Below, piece by piece: positions 1 through 14,665 of a stretch of DNA of 64,000 nt. The DNA comes from Octopus sinensis. Its lineage: Eukaryota. The notes under the pieces are model-generated. The model saw only the letters and a list, made by a program, of their open reading frames with translations, had not been told where the DNA came from and made no database searches. Position 1 is the stretch's first letter. Each line of letters starts with the position of its first letter. Both the position numbers and the translations under genes were made by a program. The stretch lies in the NCBI RefSeq assembly GCF_006345805.1, contig NC_043010.1, positions 32,984,001 through 33,048,000 on the forward strand, written 5' to 3'.

Positions 1-13
1 TATTATTATTATT

Positions 14-2400
14 CTATGTTTGACTTTTGCTTATGTCTACAAGTTGGCTCCAAGTCTCATCCAGAGACCTCAAGAGACAACAGGTTGGAAGTCTGTGCCA
101 TATATTTGGGGTTTTTTGGTTGTTGTACTAGTGTATGTCTAATACATAATAAAAAAATAAATAAAAATAAAAATAAAAAAGTTTTTTTTAAACCTTGGGA
201 TTACATAGAGAGTATTTTGCGTAGGATATGAGCAGTTCCCATGAGCACTATCTTTTGAATTTCTGCCATTTTGGGGTTTCCTGGTATCTGAGTTAGGTAG
301 CAATCACAGTCCTTTCGCTATCATTCCCAGGGCACCTATGACAACAGGTATTGTTTTAGTCTTCAGCTTCCACATTTTGCTGATTTCTATTTCAAGATCT
401 TTATATTTGCTCAGTTTTTGGTAGGTCTTGACAGATACGTTTATATATCGATTGGGACAGTCATATCAATGAGGAGACATGTTCTTTGTCTGAAGTCTTT
501 CAATATGATGTCTGGCCTATTTGCATCTATCTTCCTGTCAGTTTGAATGGTGAAGTTCCAGAGGAGTGAGATGTGGTCATTTCAAGCACTGGAGGTGGAT
601 TGTGTTCCCACCAGTTTTTTTCATGGGGCAAATCCAGGTTTTTGCAAATTACCCAGTGAATATATTGTGCAGCTCTATCATGCCTATTGAGGTACTCTGT
701 AGGCGCTAGAAGACTGCATTTGGAGACAACATGATCAATGGTTCATTTTGTTGTCGGCATACACGACATGTTGGGCTACTGTCGTTTCTTTAATTATGTT
801 GGCATGGTAGTTTCTTGTTGGTAGGCATTGATCTTGAGCTGCTATGATAACCCCTCTGTTTCAGATTTTAAGCCAAGCCATTAGCCATTGATGGGTCAGG
901 GCTTTGTCGATATCTGCCTTTTTGTTTGTGTTTGTTTTTTCTCTGCCCAGATTTTTCCAAAATCCCTGCACTTCTTCTTTTGATGTGGTACAGACCTTGC
1001 AGTAACGCTGTTTTTCCTATCTTCCTGTAAAATTCTTGGTGTTTATTTTTGAACATGTTGTTGTCCTTGAAAAATCTAACACGCTTTTCATACCTCGCTA
1101 TGCGGGCAGCTTTGGCAATACCTTTTGTTGATGGTTTCTATGGTGGCATCAATATCAAATATAGTTTTCATATTGTATTTTTTCAGTAATTTTGAGGTTT
1201 TTGTAGGTTTGGTAGACTTGTGAGCCTTAAGGTTTTTCAAATATTCAATGTCAGATCTAAATATTTTAATTTGTTGTTGGCAGACGCTCTTGCCAAGAAG
1301 TCTTTTTGTGGAATGTTGCCGTTTTCTAATCTTTACACCACATAGGATCGTTGAGATTTTCGCGGATGCATAGTATAGGTGGTTGAGGTTTGTGATATCA
1401 ACATCATTAGCTGAAATTATATCCTTAAGTGCAAGCCGGATTTACCAATTATTTTCATGTTTTGGTTAGAGTTGCGGATTTTAGGAAGTGTATCACGTTC
1501 ATCCATGCTGGTTTCTTTAATTTCAGCCATTCAATTATGATTTGAATTTTTAGCTCATAGTTTCTGTTGTGTTGGTCAATATTTGTGTGACTTTCTTTAT
1601 CTATTTGGTGCTCATCTGTCTTAGTGTTTATGATTGGTTCAGGGAGTATTTCACTTTGGCCTATCACTTATACTACTCTTTCAATCCTCACTTCGTTTAT
1701 CAGCCCTGGGCTGGTCTATATTATTTCCTCTGTATTATCTTCTCTAGCTGCAGCTTCGTTCATTTTATCCGATATTGCTTGTCTAACTTGATCAATCTCT
1801 ACTTCAGTCAGTAATTTTTTTTTTTTAATATGTTTCTTCTGACGTTGGCAAGTTTGTTACTGTCTATGTAGGGTCTTACTTCAGGGTGTTTCTGTCTCCA
1901 GCTTAAGTATGCTTGTACAGTGTTAGATTTATCTGTGGGGAATATATGGCATGGTAGAGGCCTCAAGAACTTCTTTATTATCTTCCCTAGACCATTTTTC
2001 CTTCTTTTTCTTTTGATTATTTGGTGATGAGCATGGATGGCCATCTGTTGGAATATTCCGGTTGTGGGGTACGTCCAGCTCCTGGTGTTGGGAAGATTTG
2101 ATCCAGTAGCTGATTTTTCAATCAGACTTTGGTTCAATTTTCGGGTACGTGGTCTTTTGTAATCCGCGCAACGACCAATGCGGTTTATGTTTGATTTGTT
2201 GACCTTGAAGCATGACGAGCTTCCATTCTTATATTAGGAGATGGATCTGTCAGTTTAGGGTTCTCTACATGTAAGCATTGCTCATAGCACAGCTTCTTAA
2301 GACTAGCAGATCTTATTCGTCTGTATTTTTTTTGTTGATAATTTTATCTCCGAACATTTTTTTTTCCTTTCCTCCTCTTCCTTTCTTCAAGGCTCACTCT
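14..2400 (-). mobile_element. R4/Dong-like RLE non-LTR retrotransposon, decayed, RT domain deleted
   Basis: Minus-strand translation of ~201-915 (frameshifted) gives ADIDKALTHQWL..KSETEGLIIAAQDQ..RHDRAAQYIHW..RPDIILKD..LIDMTVP..KLSKYKDLEIEISKMW..HILRKILSM*. This is colinear with the C-terminus of the 809-aa ORF at 57990-60419. The 3' end abuts (TAA)n at 1-13. N-terminal region runs to ~2330; the 5' limit is approximate. Confidence 0.88.
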
Positions 2401-3240
2401 GCCTGTATTAGTTCGAAATAATGAGAATAAAATACGGAGAAGGAAAAGAAAAAAAGGGGAAAAAGACGGGATCTGTCAGTTATTATTGTTATTACTATCA
2501 CCTTCACCACCATCACCATCATTAGCAACATCACCATCAATGACATTGTTTTATGTGTAGCCACAGCCACCATCAACACTCCATTGTGTAGGAGAATGGT
2601 TGGTTAAAGAATTCACGTTCTTTGGGTCTATAAATAGATTCGGCAGATGGTGGAGACAAAGGACGTTAATGGCCAGTAAAAGGTCAAACCTGTTTACATT
2701 TATTTTTTTTTTCCTTTCTCTTTTCTTTCTCTCCACATACATATGTATATGTATACTCATTCACACATATTATCTGATGTTTACGTCGATGATTTTTTAA
2801 AAAACTTTCTGAGTTCAATGTTATGTATATATTTTTTAAATTTCTGAATTCAGTTGTATGTATATATTAGTAGGTGTTAATTCCATAACTTTTTATCGTG
2901 CATTTAATTGTGTGTTGTTACAATAAAAGGTAATTTAAAGGCAATTTTACACATTCTTATAGTCATGAGAGACGACTAAATGTAAATATTCACACAGAAT
3001 TGGAGATATTTATGTTTCTAATTTTTCTTGTTAGGTGTACGTTTGTATGAGCTGTAGATATGTAAGTTTTTTTTAACTTATTTTGAGGGAAATTCAAATT
3101 ACTCACATAAAACAGTAGATCTTCCAGTTTTCTACAGTTGTTTTTTTTTTCAGTTGTCCTGCTGGGTTCGCTGTTGCCAGTTCAGAGCATCGTAAAAATA
3201 CGTCCATCCTCTGTCACGTCCAGCCTTATTATTATTATTA

Positions 3241-3316
<76 letters not shown>

Positions 3317-3321
3317 CATTA

Positions 3322-3423
3322 TTATTTCTTTATTGCCCACAAGGGGATAAACATAGATGGGGCAAACAAGAACAGACAAGGGATTAAGTCGATTACGTGG
3401 ACCCCAGTGATTAACTGGTATTT
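3322..3423 (-). mobile_element. tRNA-derived SINE family A (OR1/OR2-like, name tentative), 3' fragment
   Basis: Reverse complement of the family tail (ggggtc..gtaatcgacttaatcccttgtctg..ccccttgtggg..aaagaaataa) seen in fuller copies at 14252 and 20075; ends in (ATT)n. Confidence 0.75.
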
Positions 3424-3820
3424 AATAATAATAATAAGTGACAACAAAAGAATGAGACCTCAATATTAGATAAATAGAGGATTATTTATATATGTTATAA
3501 TTTATAACAAACAGTAAGTTGTCATAGTACTCAGAATTACGAATGTTGGAGCGAAAAGCTACGCTAGATTCTCGTCGGCTATTAATGCCAATAGACGCTA
3601 TGAAAACTGTTGAATAAAAGGGAAGTTACTCTAAGAGATAGAAAAAACAAAGAAAAAATACATGAAACCATATTTTCACAAGACTTAGACATAAACCTCC
3701 CGCGTTCATAACGTCTATATACGTACACACTCACACAAATATGTATACTTACATGCACATACCCACACAAACATATATGTGCATGTACATACTCATACAT
3801 GCTCACATATCCACACACAC

Positions 3821-3899
<79 letters not shown>

Positions 3900-4019
3900 T
3901 ATAGTAGAAATATGTTACGAAAAGAAAATAAAATACACGTGGAAATGTTAGGGTAAAATATGAAAAATCAACGAAAATGCACATTGCAGATAGAAAAAAG
4001 CTATTTATGACAGGTAGTG

Positions 4020-5492
<1,473 letters not shown>

Positions 5493-5566
5493 ATGTGTAC
5501 GCAACTTCATCCTCATATATACAGGTGTTTGCATGCATACGCGTAACAAAATACATATATACGTTT

Positions 5567-5616
<50 letters not shown>

Positions 5617-5632
5617 AGCACGTCCCCTTCAT

Positions 5633-5718
5633 ATGCACACGTCCCCTTCATTTATACGGATATGAATATGTTTGTATATGTGCGGGTGTAGTTGTGTGAT
5701 AGGAGGATGTATATGTTA

Positions 5719-5792
<74 letters not shown>

Positions 5793-5797
5793 GCTAT

Positions 5798-5846
<49 letters not shown>

Positions 5847-5848
5847 GC

Positions 5849-5938
<90 letters not shown>

Positions 5939-6023
5939 TACATATACATCCTCCTATCACACAACTACACCCGCACATATACAAACATATTCATATCCGT
6001 ATAAATGAAGGGGACGTGTGCAT
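5633..6023. repeat. Near-perfect palindrome centred on (TA)n
   Basis: 5633-~5795 (atgcacacgtccccttcatttatacgg...(ATCT)n) is the reverse complement of ~5845-6023. Confidence 0.9.
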
Positions 6024-6106
6024 GAAATTCGCACTTATGCACCGACACAGTCTTACACTCATATACATACATATACACATACACTATATACACACGTACA
6101 TACATA

Positions 6107-6148
<42 letters not shown>

Positions 6149-6392
6149 CATATACTCACACGCGTACATATTCACACAAAAGGAAAAAGAGAAAAAATTA
6201 AAAATATATATAAAAAAATATATATAAAAAATAGAATATTAATAGAAGTTAAGACATATGTGAAGCTTGTGCAGGAACATAGTAAAAATGTGGATTCTAG
6301 CCGTGATCTGGGGGGGGGGCAAAACCGTAACAGGTATTTTGTCACCTATGGATATGATCCAAAAAGTTCAGTTCTTGAATTTAGACATGTAG

Positions 6393-6965
6393 CGAAGTCC
6401 AAGGAACTTTTCCAGATGAGCCATCTTTCCATATTCCAAAGACCGCACTTGCCACTACTGTTGGTATAAAGTTTACACTTGGCTAAACTCTTTCAGTAAA
6501 TCCTATAGCTGACACCTTGTTCTTTTAAGAACCATATATAACTGGATAATTTGGTAGTTTTTCGTTTATTCCAGTGTCTGAAGCTTAAGGTGTGATTGTT
6601 GAACCTTGCATTGAAATTTCCCTCTGTGAGACCCACATATCTCTTTGTTAAAACTGTGTTATTAGCGTTCGTAGAATTTACGCTGGCTTCATAAATAATG
6701 GCCTTGGTCATACAGGCTCCATTTAACCAGTTAACAACTTGTATATTATTGGACCATTGTACTAAATTAGTTGCATCTCTAACTTTATCATTGATTTTCC
6801 TTATTAATATACCAATATCTGATTTTGCAGGGTTAATTAATCTGTATTTAGGATTAGATAGGAAGTTCTTTTTATGGTCCTTAATCGCTTTTTTGGAAGG
6901 ATCTCTATTTTTTATCAAATTTAAACCTAGCGGCTATGATACTAGCTTCTTTATTAATGTGGTTA
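6393..6965 (-). mobile_element. Penelope-like element, inverted segment (RT N-part fused to GIY-YIG and C-terminus)
   Basis: ORF 6493-6918: KDHKKNFLSNPKYRLINPAKSDIG..VQWSNNIQVVNW joined to NGACMTKAIIYEA..RYVGLTEGNFNARFNNH..TKLSSYIW, followed by KCKLYTNSSGKCGL. Confidence 0.88.
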
Positions 6966-8108
6966 TAAACTTGCGGTTTAAAACAATTAGAAATAAGAAT
7001 AAAGCAAGTTTTACACAATTTGATATTGTAGGTTTCTATGCATCTATTTCCAGAAAACTGCTAGATTAAGTCGTCAGTTTCGCAAGCGATTTTACAGAGA
7101 TTAGAGAACACGATAAAGATATAATCCGCGAAGTTAGAAAGACTATACTCTTCAACGAGAACACAGAGTGGGTCAAGACAGCAGACACTGAGGGTTCTTT
7201 TGATGTGAGCAAGGGGTTATTTGATGGAGCAGGCATATACGATTTCATTGGGATGTTCCTACTTGACACAATAGGAAAAGCTTTTCCAGGTGTATATTTC
7301 GCTATTTATACGGATGATGCTCTAGCTTCAGCTAAGAATACCAATGGACCAGCGCAAGATCGGTTACGGAAGGATGTTATCCATCTTATGAAAATATTCG
7401 ATCTTAGCATAACATTAGATACCAACCTGACGGTTGTCAATTTCCTTGACGTATCTCTAGATTTACATACAAAAGAATATTTACAAACTCTATAGAAAGC
7501 TCAACGATAGACTTAGTTATATTAATGTAGGTCCCTGCCACCCCCACCCCATGTTGTTTAAGAATTTAGTTAAGAATATTAGTAGGATAATTTCTAGCCT
7601 CTCCTCCAATATAAACATATTTAATAATGCTGCCCCACTATATAACAATGCCCTTAAAGCTAGCGGATGTAAAGAAGAAATAGCTTACACACCACCTGTT
7701 AGACCAGAAATAAAGAAAAGAAAACATAGACACAGGAAAATTATCTGGTTCACACCCACTTACTCCCCCGAGGTGACCTTTAATATAGGTAAATATTTCT
7801 TGTCACTTATAGATAGACATTTTCCAGTACACCATAAATATAGGAAACTACTTAATACGCATAACCTAAAAATTAGTTCTAGTACAATCCCAAATTTTAA
7901 AAACATAATTACATACAATGCAAAACAACATGAAGCCGGCTGTTCCTACAGGAATAAAGATTTGTGCCCGCTAAATGGAGCCTGTTTGACCGAGGCCATT
8001 ATTTATGAAGCCACGGTAAATTCTACAAACACTAATAACACAGTTTCATCAAAGAGCTATCTCACGGAGGGAAATTTCAAAGCAAGGTTCAACAATCACA
8101 CCTTAAGC
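6965..8108 (+). mobile_element. Penelope-like element RT core to GIY-YIG, decayed
   Basis: FTQFDIVGFYASIS (RT motif), FDGAGIYDFIG, IYTDDAL (YxDD), VNFLDVSLDL, RKIIWFTPTYS, CPLNGACLTEAIIYEA; interrupted by stops and frameshifts. Confidence 0.9.
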
Positions 8109-8115
8109 TCGCAAT

Positions 8116-8497
8116 ATGTCTAAATTCAAGAACTGAACTTTTGGGGTCATATCCATATGTGACAAAATACCTGTTACGGTTTTGCCCCCCCCCCCACAAA
8201 TCACGGCTAGAATCCATATTTTTACTATGTTCCTGCACAAGCCTCCCATATGTCTTCTTTTAATTTTTTAATTTTATATATATATTTGTTATATATATTT
8301 TTCACGTTTTCTTTTTTCCCTTTTAATTGTGTGAATGTGTACGCATGTGAGTATATGTATATGTATATATATGTTTTATATTTATATGTGTGTGCGTGTG
8401 TATATATTGTATGTGTATATGTATGTATATGAGTGTAAGACTGTGTCCGGTGCATAAGTGCGACTTTCATGCACACGTTCCCTTCATTTATACGGAT

Positions 8498-8498
<1 letters not shown>
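8116..8498. repeat. Inverted copy of 5995-6388
   Basis: atgtctaaattcaagaactg...cccttcatttatacggata is the reverse complement of 5995-6388 with scattered substitutions. Confidence 0.9.
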
Positions 8499-8551
<53 letters not shown>

Positions 8552-8978
8552 GTGTGCGTATGTGTGTGTTATTGGTATTGTTGATATTGTTGTGGATTTA
8601 TGAGTATATATGAGTATGTACATGCACATATATGTTTGTGTGGGTTTGTACATGTACGTGTACATGTTTATGTGAGTGTGTACGTATTGTCCTTGCTTTC
8701 GTAATGCGGAGTAGATGAAACAGGGACAACCGAAGAAGGGGAATATTCTTTATGTTGCATGTCTCGTTTCTCTGTTTGTTTTTTTCTTCGTTCTCCCAAA
8801 AAGTTCGTTTCTATGTTTTTGTTTTTGTTTTCGTTTCTCATTCTGTTCAACGATTTTTAATGTCTTGTACCATATATGCATGTATATATACATATATATA
8901 TAGGTATGTACATATATATGCATATATTTATATATTATTTATATTATTATATATACATACATACATATATATATAGAC

Positions 8979-9038
<60 letters not shown>

Positions 9039-10030
9039 ATATACATGTGTGTGGTGTCTGTGTAAAGGTATTACCAATGAGAAAGCCAACACACATATCT
9101 ATGTCCGAGATATGGGATAAATTTATTTATCTCTTACATCTCGTTGTTCTTCTATATTAATAAGACAATGGTTGAAGTCAAAATACAAATTCATCTTACA
9201 GTTCAAACTGTGGGCCTGAAACTTTTCTTAGTGTATAAAGTTTATTGGTATACATTTGTTTCTAAAATAAAATCATTAACAAATGAATAACTTGTGTACA
9301 GAACTATAACGGACATAAGTATCTCCAACAACATCTTAATCACATTGTTTGATTAATTTGAGAGCATCCGTGTTCGTTTGTTTAGTTAATGTTTAAAAAT
9401 ATTACTAGCGACAGAGGTAGAATTAATACAGAGAAGTATACACATTCGCGATTTTATTTTATTCCGTTATGCACTAGATCTATGTCTGTATTCATAAACA
9501 AACTCTTAGTTAATTTATACTTTATAATAAACAGTTTACCTAAGAACATCAAATATCCTTTTGGGCTTGATTACACTGAGACTTTTATATTTATATATAT
9601 TTTTTTTATATTTTTGTAAAAGGGAAATGAGAGAAATACTCAAAATATGAGGCTAAATATTTAGAGTGCTATGACTAATGTTGCTAAAATAATTTGCGAG
9701 CATCCGTGTTCGTTTGTATAGTTAATGTTTAAAATATTTATTAGCGACAGAAGTAGTATTAATGCCGAGTGGTAATTTTATACTCACTTAAACGTGGATG
9801 TTTTGTTAGAACAATCTATACTGCGATAGTTACCATGAGAGAAACTCTCATATTGGTTTTTGGTGTGAAATGCAGTCTTGTTTATATTGCTAACGGGGAA
9901 ATAAATACCTGCCATCTCCAGTGATAGACGTTTGACAGCTAGAGATAGCAGCAATTCATCTTCCGCCAGCGATATACAGAATAACAAAGCCAGAACAGGC
10001 GCTGGTTTTGTTGCTGTTGCTGTAGTAGTA

Positions 10031-10091
<61 letters not shown>

Positions 10092-10124
10092 TCTGTTGTT
10101 GTTGTTGTTGTTGTGGTGGTGGTG

Positions 10125-10560
10125 GTCACCTCAAGCGCCTGAGGATAACTCTCAGAAACGCTAGAGCCGCGGAAGGGAGATGAATCATCTCATCCATTGT
10201 AGCCCCTAGTTGGCGGGTATAGCGTTCCAACATCAGGGCCGGACATCTCAGCCAGAGATGTTCTGCAGATTCCACCTCCTCGTTACAGAGTCTTCATTGA
10301 TCTGTGTCGCTGCGTCCTGCCATCTTTTGCCACTGCCTGTGTGCCGGATGATGACCACTATAGAAGCGTATCATGTCTGTGAAGTCTGCCTTCGAGAGGG
10401 CTGCTTCGGTTCTTTCATCCAGCTTCTTCGTGAAGACTTCTTTCAGACGGGGTTGGGGTGAATTGGCGTTAGCTGGAACGCTCGACGAATAACCACCTGA
10501 CAAATGGCTGTATCGATGGCGGCATCCGGTGGTGGTAGCGCCGAGCCACGTTTTGCCTGC
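10125..10560 (-). mobile_element. LINE 3' end with C-terminal zinc knuckle (I/Ingi-like, tentative)
   Basis: Minus strand reads IRFYSGHHPAHRQW..DQ*RLCNEEVESAEHLWLRCPAL (decayed CCHC), followed by a (CAC)/(CAA)n tail. Confidence 0.55.
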
Positions 10561-10564
10561 CTAT

Positions 10565-10984
10565 CTGCACCTTGGGGCCTTCAACAGAATTCAGCACCAT
10601 CCCACAGCTCCAAACTGACACAACACTGGATTCAAGAAAACATTCTATCGTCCATAAGCAAAGATGTATGACTCTCAAGAAACTTTGATTTCAACCCGTT
10701 GGATTCTTCTGTTTGGCCCATTTTGAAGACGAGGGTCTCGAGCACTCCTCGTGCTTCGCTCGACGCTCTGAAGGCAAAACTGCTCCAGAAATGGGCTTCG
10801 ATTCCGCAAGAGCAGCCGTGTGCTGCGTGTGAAGCATTAGCATGTAGACGTGATTCGAAACAGAGGTGGTCATATCAAATAAATGTGGTAGTATCGTAAT
10901 TGTGTTTCCTTTACCATTGCATTGCAACTCTCGGACCAGACAAAAAATGAAAGTTGGTTGCCTTAATTTTGGGACACATTGTAC
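10565..10984 (+). mobile_element. Tc1/mariner (maT/DD37D-like) transposase C-terminus and right TIR
   Basis: Reads LQQNSAPSHSSKLTQHWIQENI..DFNPLDSSVWPILKTRV..SLDALKAKLLQKWASIPQE. Terminal ttttgggacacattgTA resembles a TA-flanked maT TIR. Confidence 0.82.
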
Positions 10985-11944
10985 ATATATATATAAATAT
11001 TCAGTCTCTCAAATTCAACTTACTAAATGATGGTGAACCTGAGGCTACAGTAGAAAACACTTACCCAATGTACCGCTTAGATTTGGATCGATCATGCAGT
11101 AAATCATTTGCAAGGCGAACTTCTCAACAACACATTAGCACTTGTGCCCATAACGTAAGTAAAATAAATTAGATTCAACTGGGAAATGAAAGATGTTCAC
11201 AAACTTAATGGTTAGTGACTTCAGCCCTGTCCACTGGAAGTTAGTTATTACAATTCACGAATTTACGAGATGGACCACGATGGAACCGCAACATCCATTT
11301 AGAAACGATAACTGATCAAGAGATGGCTTCAGTTTTTAAGTTGGTCTTTATGGATATAAATGTTAACCATATAAAAGGCCAATATTACTCAATGGGGGAA
11401 TACACAATACACTGAAAAGAACGCGTTCTTCATATATCTTTTCTCTGTTTTCTCTCTCTCTTTCTCTCTCTCTCTCACTCTCTCACTCTCATTCATTCTC
11501 GCCTTAGTCTTTTCCTTTACCCTCTTCATTCTTTTTCTCTCTCCCTATTCCCATTACTCTTTCTCTTCCTTTACTATTATTTCTCCCTTTATTTCTTCTC
11601 ACAATCTCTTTCAGTCACTCTCTCTCATTCTTTCGTCTTTCTTATATGCATGTGTGTCTGTAAGTATATATTATATATATATATATATATATACTGACCA
11701 ATTTTGGCTGCTATTTCTAATATTTTCGGTATGTGGTTTTGAGCAACTTGTTGCTTTTAACCCTTTATTATAATTATTATAACCCTTACCAAATATGGTC
11801 TTTTCCATACCGACAAATCTACTAGGTGAAATTGATTAATTTTATTAAATTAATTATATTCCACCCTTTATTGAATATTGAATACTTTTGCTCCCTTACA
11901 AGTTATCTCCGAATTTTTCGTTTCGTTGGTAATGTTTTTGTGGC

Positions 11945-12250
11945 TCACGTGGTAGATTTTGGAGGGAAATACGAATTCGCATGTCGGCATAGATGTACGA
12001 ATGCTAGCAGTTCCGTTAAGCCGTCCGATGTTGCAGGTCGTACTGGTGTAACGGGTAAGTTTTTTTCCCCTAGCATTTCTAGATCTATAGGAAATATTAT
12101 ATTGACAAGGAAATGAACCTTCGGTTCTAATCCAGAAACGAGTCGTCTATAATTAATCCAGAGGCTGGGTTTTCGTTGTTTTCTGCCTTTCTTTGCCATA
12201 TACAGCTTACAAATTCTGTTTGTTTGTGGAGACTTTTTACTAGTAGAGGA
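11945..12250 (-). mobile_element. Penelope-like element extreme C-terminal fragment
   Basis: NRICKLYMAKK and ELL..CRHANSYF match the PLE C-terminal pattern (C-x2-C..EK; L..K.EL..KCRH.NK). Confidence 0.5.
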
Positions 12251-12563
12251 AATACTGACCAATTTTGGCTGCTATTTCTAATATTTTCGGTATGTGGTTT
12301 TGAGCAACTTGTTGCTTTTAACCCTTTATTATATATATATTATATATATATATATAAACATATATACGTACAAATGTATATATATAAACATATATACATA
12401 TAAACGTATATATATATAATGTGTGTATGTATGTGTGTATATATGTATGTATATGTGTATATATATATGTGTGTGTATGTATGTATGTGTATATATATAT
12501 GTGTGTGTGTATGTATGCATGTATGTGTGTGCATATATATATATATATGACATATATATAGAA

Positions 12564-12601
<38 letters not shown>

Positions 12602-12932
12602 GGTGGTTTTATGTATGTATGTATATATGTATGTATTATGTATGTATACACACATATATATGCATATATAGTCAAGTTACCAAAAGTTTCAAAATTTTGG
12701 GTTGATGGGGATATATAATCCAAGCGGGTACCAATATGCTCTTCTGCCGATTAAGATAGTGGTCAATGTATTCTGTAAAGCCCTTGATGGATTATAGCAT
12801 CATATTGAACGAGAAGTTGTGCCCTGATAGCGGTGAAAACGTAACGTATGCGAAAAATATAAGAAATCAAATGATTGCATAAATAATAAAAAATTGAATA
12901 TTCTCTATTTTATTTTCTTTAAACTGATTCAT

Positions 12933-12995
<63 letters not shown>

Positions 12996-13097
12996 CGTGT
13001 GTGTGTGTGTTAATGTGTGTACATGTATGTACGTATGTATGCATACAGACGCATACATGCGCATATTGACAGATAGATACATAGGTAGGTATGTAGG

Positions 13098-13180
<83 letters not shown>

Positions 13181-13239
13181 TAGATAGAATATGTGCATGT
13201 GTATGTGTATCCTTGCAAACATATAATGTGTATATGTGT

Positions 13240-13335
13240 ACATGGCCAGTCTGAAGGAAGCGGCCCAGGATAGAACTGACTGAAGGACACTGATCGAACG
13301 AGTAACCGAGAGTTGACTTCGACTGAGCGGATAGA
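13240..13335 (+). mobile_element. RTE/BovB-like LINE 3' tip
   Basis: Translates LKEAAQDRTD*RTLIERVTES*LRL, the typical RTE C-terminal DRxxWR motif. Confidence 0.55.
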
Positions 13336-13759
13336 GAGAGAGATTTATGTCTCTAAGGCCATACGAGCATGTGTTTAACGTCTGTGTGGTGAGCATACAT
13401 ATATATGAGCCTGCACTTCCCTTTATAACGTCTGTTCTGTGTGTGTTTGTATGTATGTGTGCGTGTGTGCGCGCGTGCGTGTGTGTGTATATAAATGTAC
13501 ATACACTTGTATATCTTCATACCGTTGTATTTGAATATACTCGTAAAATACATTTAGTCGGACATTCCAGTGTCATTTCCTCCTTAACTCTACTTCCCAT
13601 CTATTATCTCATACACGCTTTTCGTGAGCGCGAGTGAGTGTATGCGCATCATAATACTTATACAATATATATATATATATATATATATATGGTGGGTGGT
13701 GTGTGTGTGTGTTGGTATGTATGTATGTATGTATGTTGTATGTATGTAGTATGTATATG

Positions 13760-13806
<47 letters not shown>

Positions 13807-13845
13807 ATATATATATAATATATATACTGCATTTCATATATTGGT

Positions 13846-14046
13846 TTCAAATTTTGGCAAGGCCAGTAACTCGGGAGTGAGGTCGATTATATCGACCCCA
13901 GTGTTCAACTGGTACTTATTTTATCGACCTCGAAAGAACGAAAGGCAAAGTGGACCACGGTGGAATTTGAACTCAATAGGTGAAGACGGACGAAATGTGG
14001 CTAAGCAGTTCGCCCGGTGTGCTAACGACTCTGCCAGCTCACCACC
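13846..14046 (-). mobile_element. tRNA-derived SINE family A
   Basis: Reverse complement has the head gagctggcagagtcgttagc, box B gagttcaaattcc and the core ctttcattc..gtcgataaaataagtacc. Confidence 0.85.
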
Positions 14047-14251
14047 TCACTGCAGTTCATATATCAAGAATGAATGACTGAACAACTAACACCAAATCAA
14101 TCCCGCAAGAAAGATATTTCGCAGGCAATTTAACTAGCTGACACCCAGAATACCGGCAGCATCGGTCATGTCCCCAACAACATCAACACTAACGGCACCG
14201 CTACTACCACCGCTAATAAATACGAATATCACAAATAACGTTGCATGCAAT

Positions 14252-14665
14252 TGGTGAGATGAGCTGGCAGAAACGTTAGCACGCCGGGCGAGATACTTAG
14301 CAGTATTTCGTCTGCCGTTACGTTCTGAGTTCAAATTCCGCCGAGGTTGACTTTGCCTTTCATCCTTTCGGGTCGATCGCATGGGTGATATAATCGACTT
14401 AATCCGTTTGTCTGTCCTTGTTTGTCCCCTCTGTGTGTAGCCCCTTGTGGGCAGTAAAGAAATAAGAAACGTTAGCAAGCCGGGCGAAACGCTTAGCGGG
14501 TGTTTCGTCTGTCTTTACGTTCTTGTTTCAAATCCCGGCTAGGTCGACTTTGCCTTTCATCCTTTCGGGGGTCGATAAAATAAGTACCAGTTTGCGTACT
14601 GGGGTCGATCTAATCGACTGGCCACATCTCCAAAATGTTCGTGCCTTGTGCCTAGAGTAGAAAAG
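14252..14665 (+). mobile_element. Dimeric SINE family A with 19-bp target-site duplication
   Basis: Two head-to-tail units with different 3' tails, flanked by aaataacgttgcatgcaat at 14233-14251 and 14666-14684. Confidence 0.88.

Noticed and set aside
10133-10170. CTGAGGA..GAAACGCTA hammerhead-like string
   Set aside because: Stem II cannot form properly, stem III is not palindromic, and it lies antisense in a LINE 3' end.
11001-11153. Possible exon with THAP-like peptide (DGEPEATVENTYPMYRL) ending at GTAAGT
   Set aside because: Similarity is too short and no Cys/His core is seen; cannot be supported without a search.
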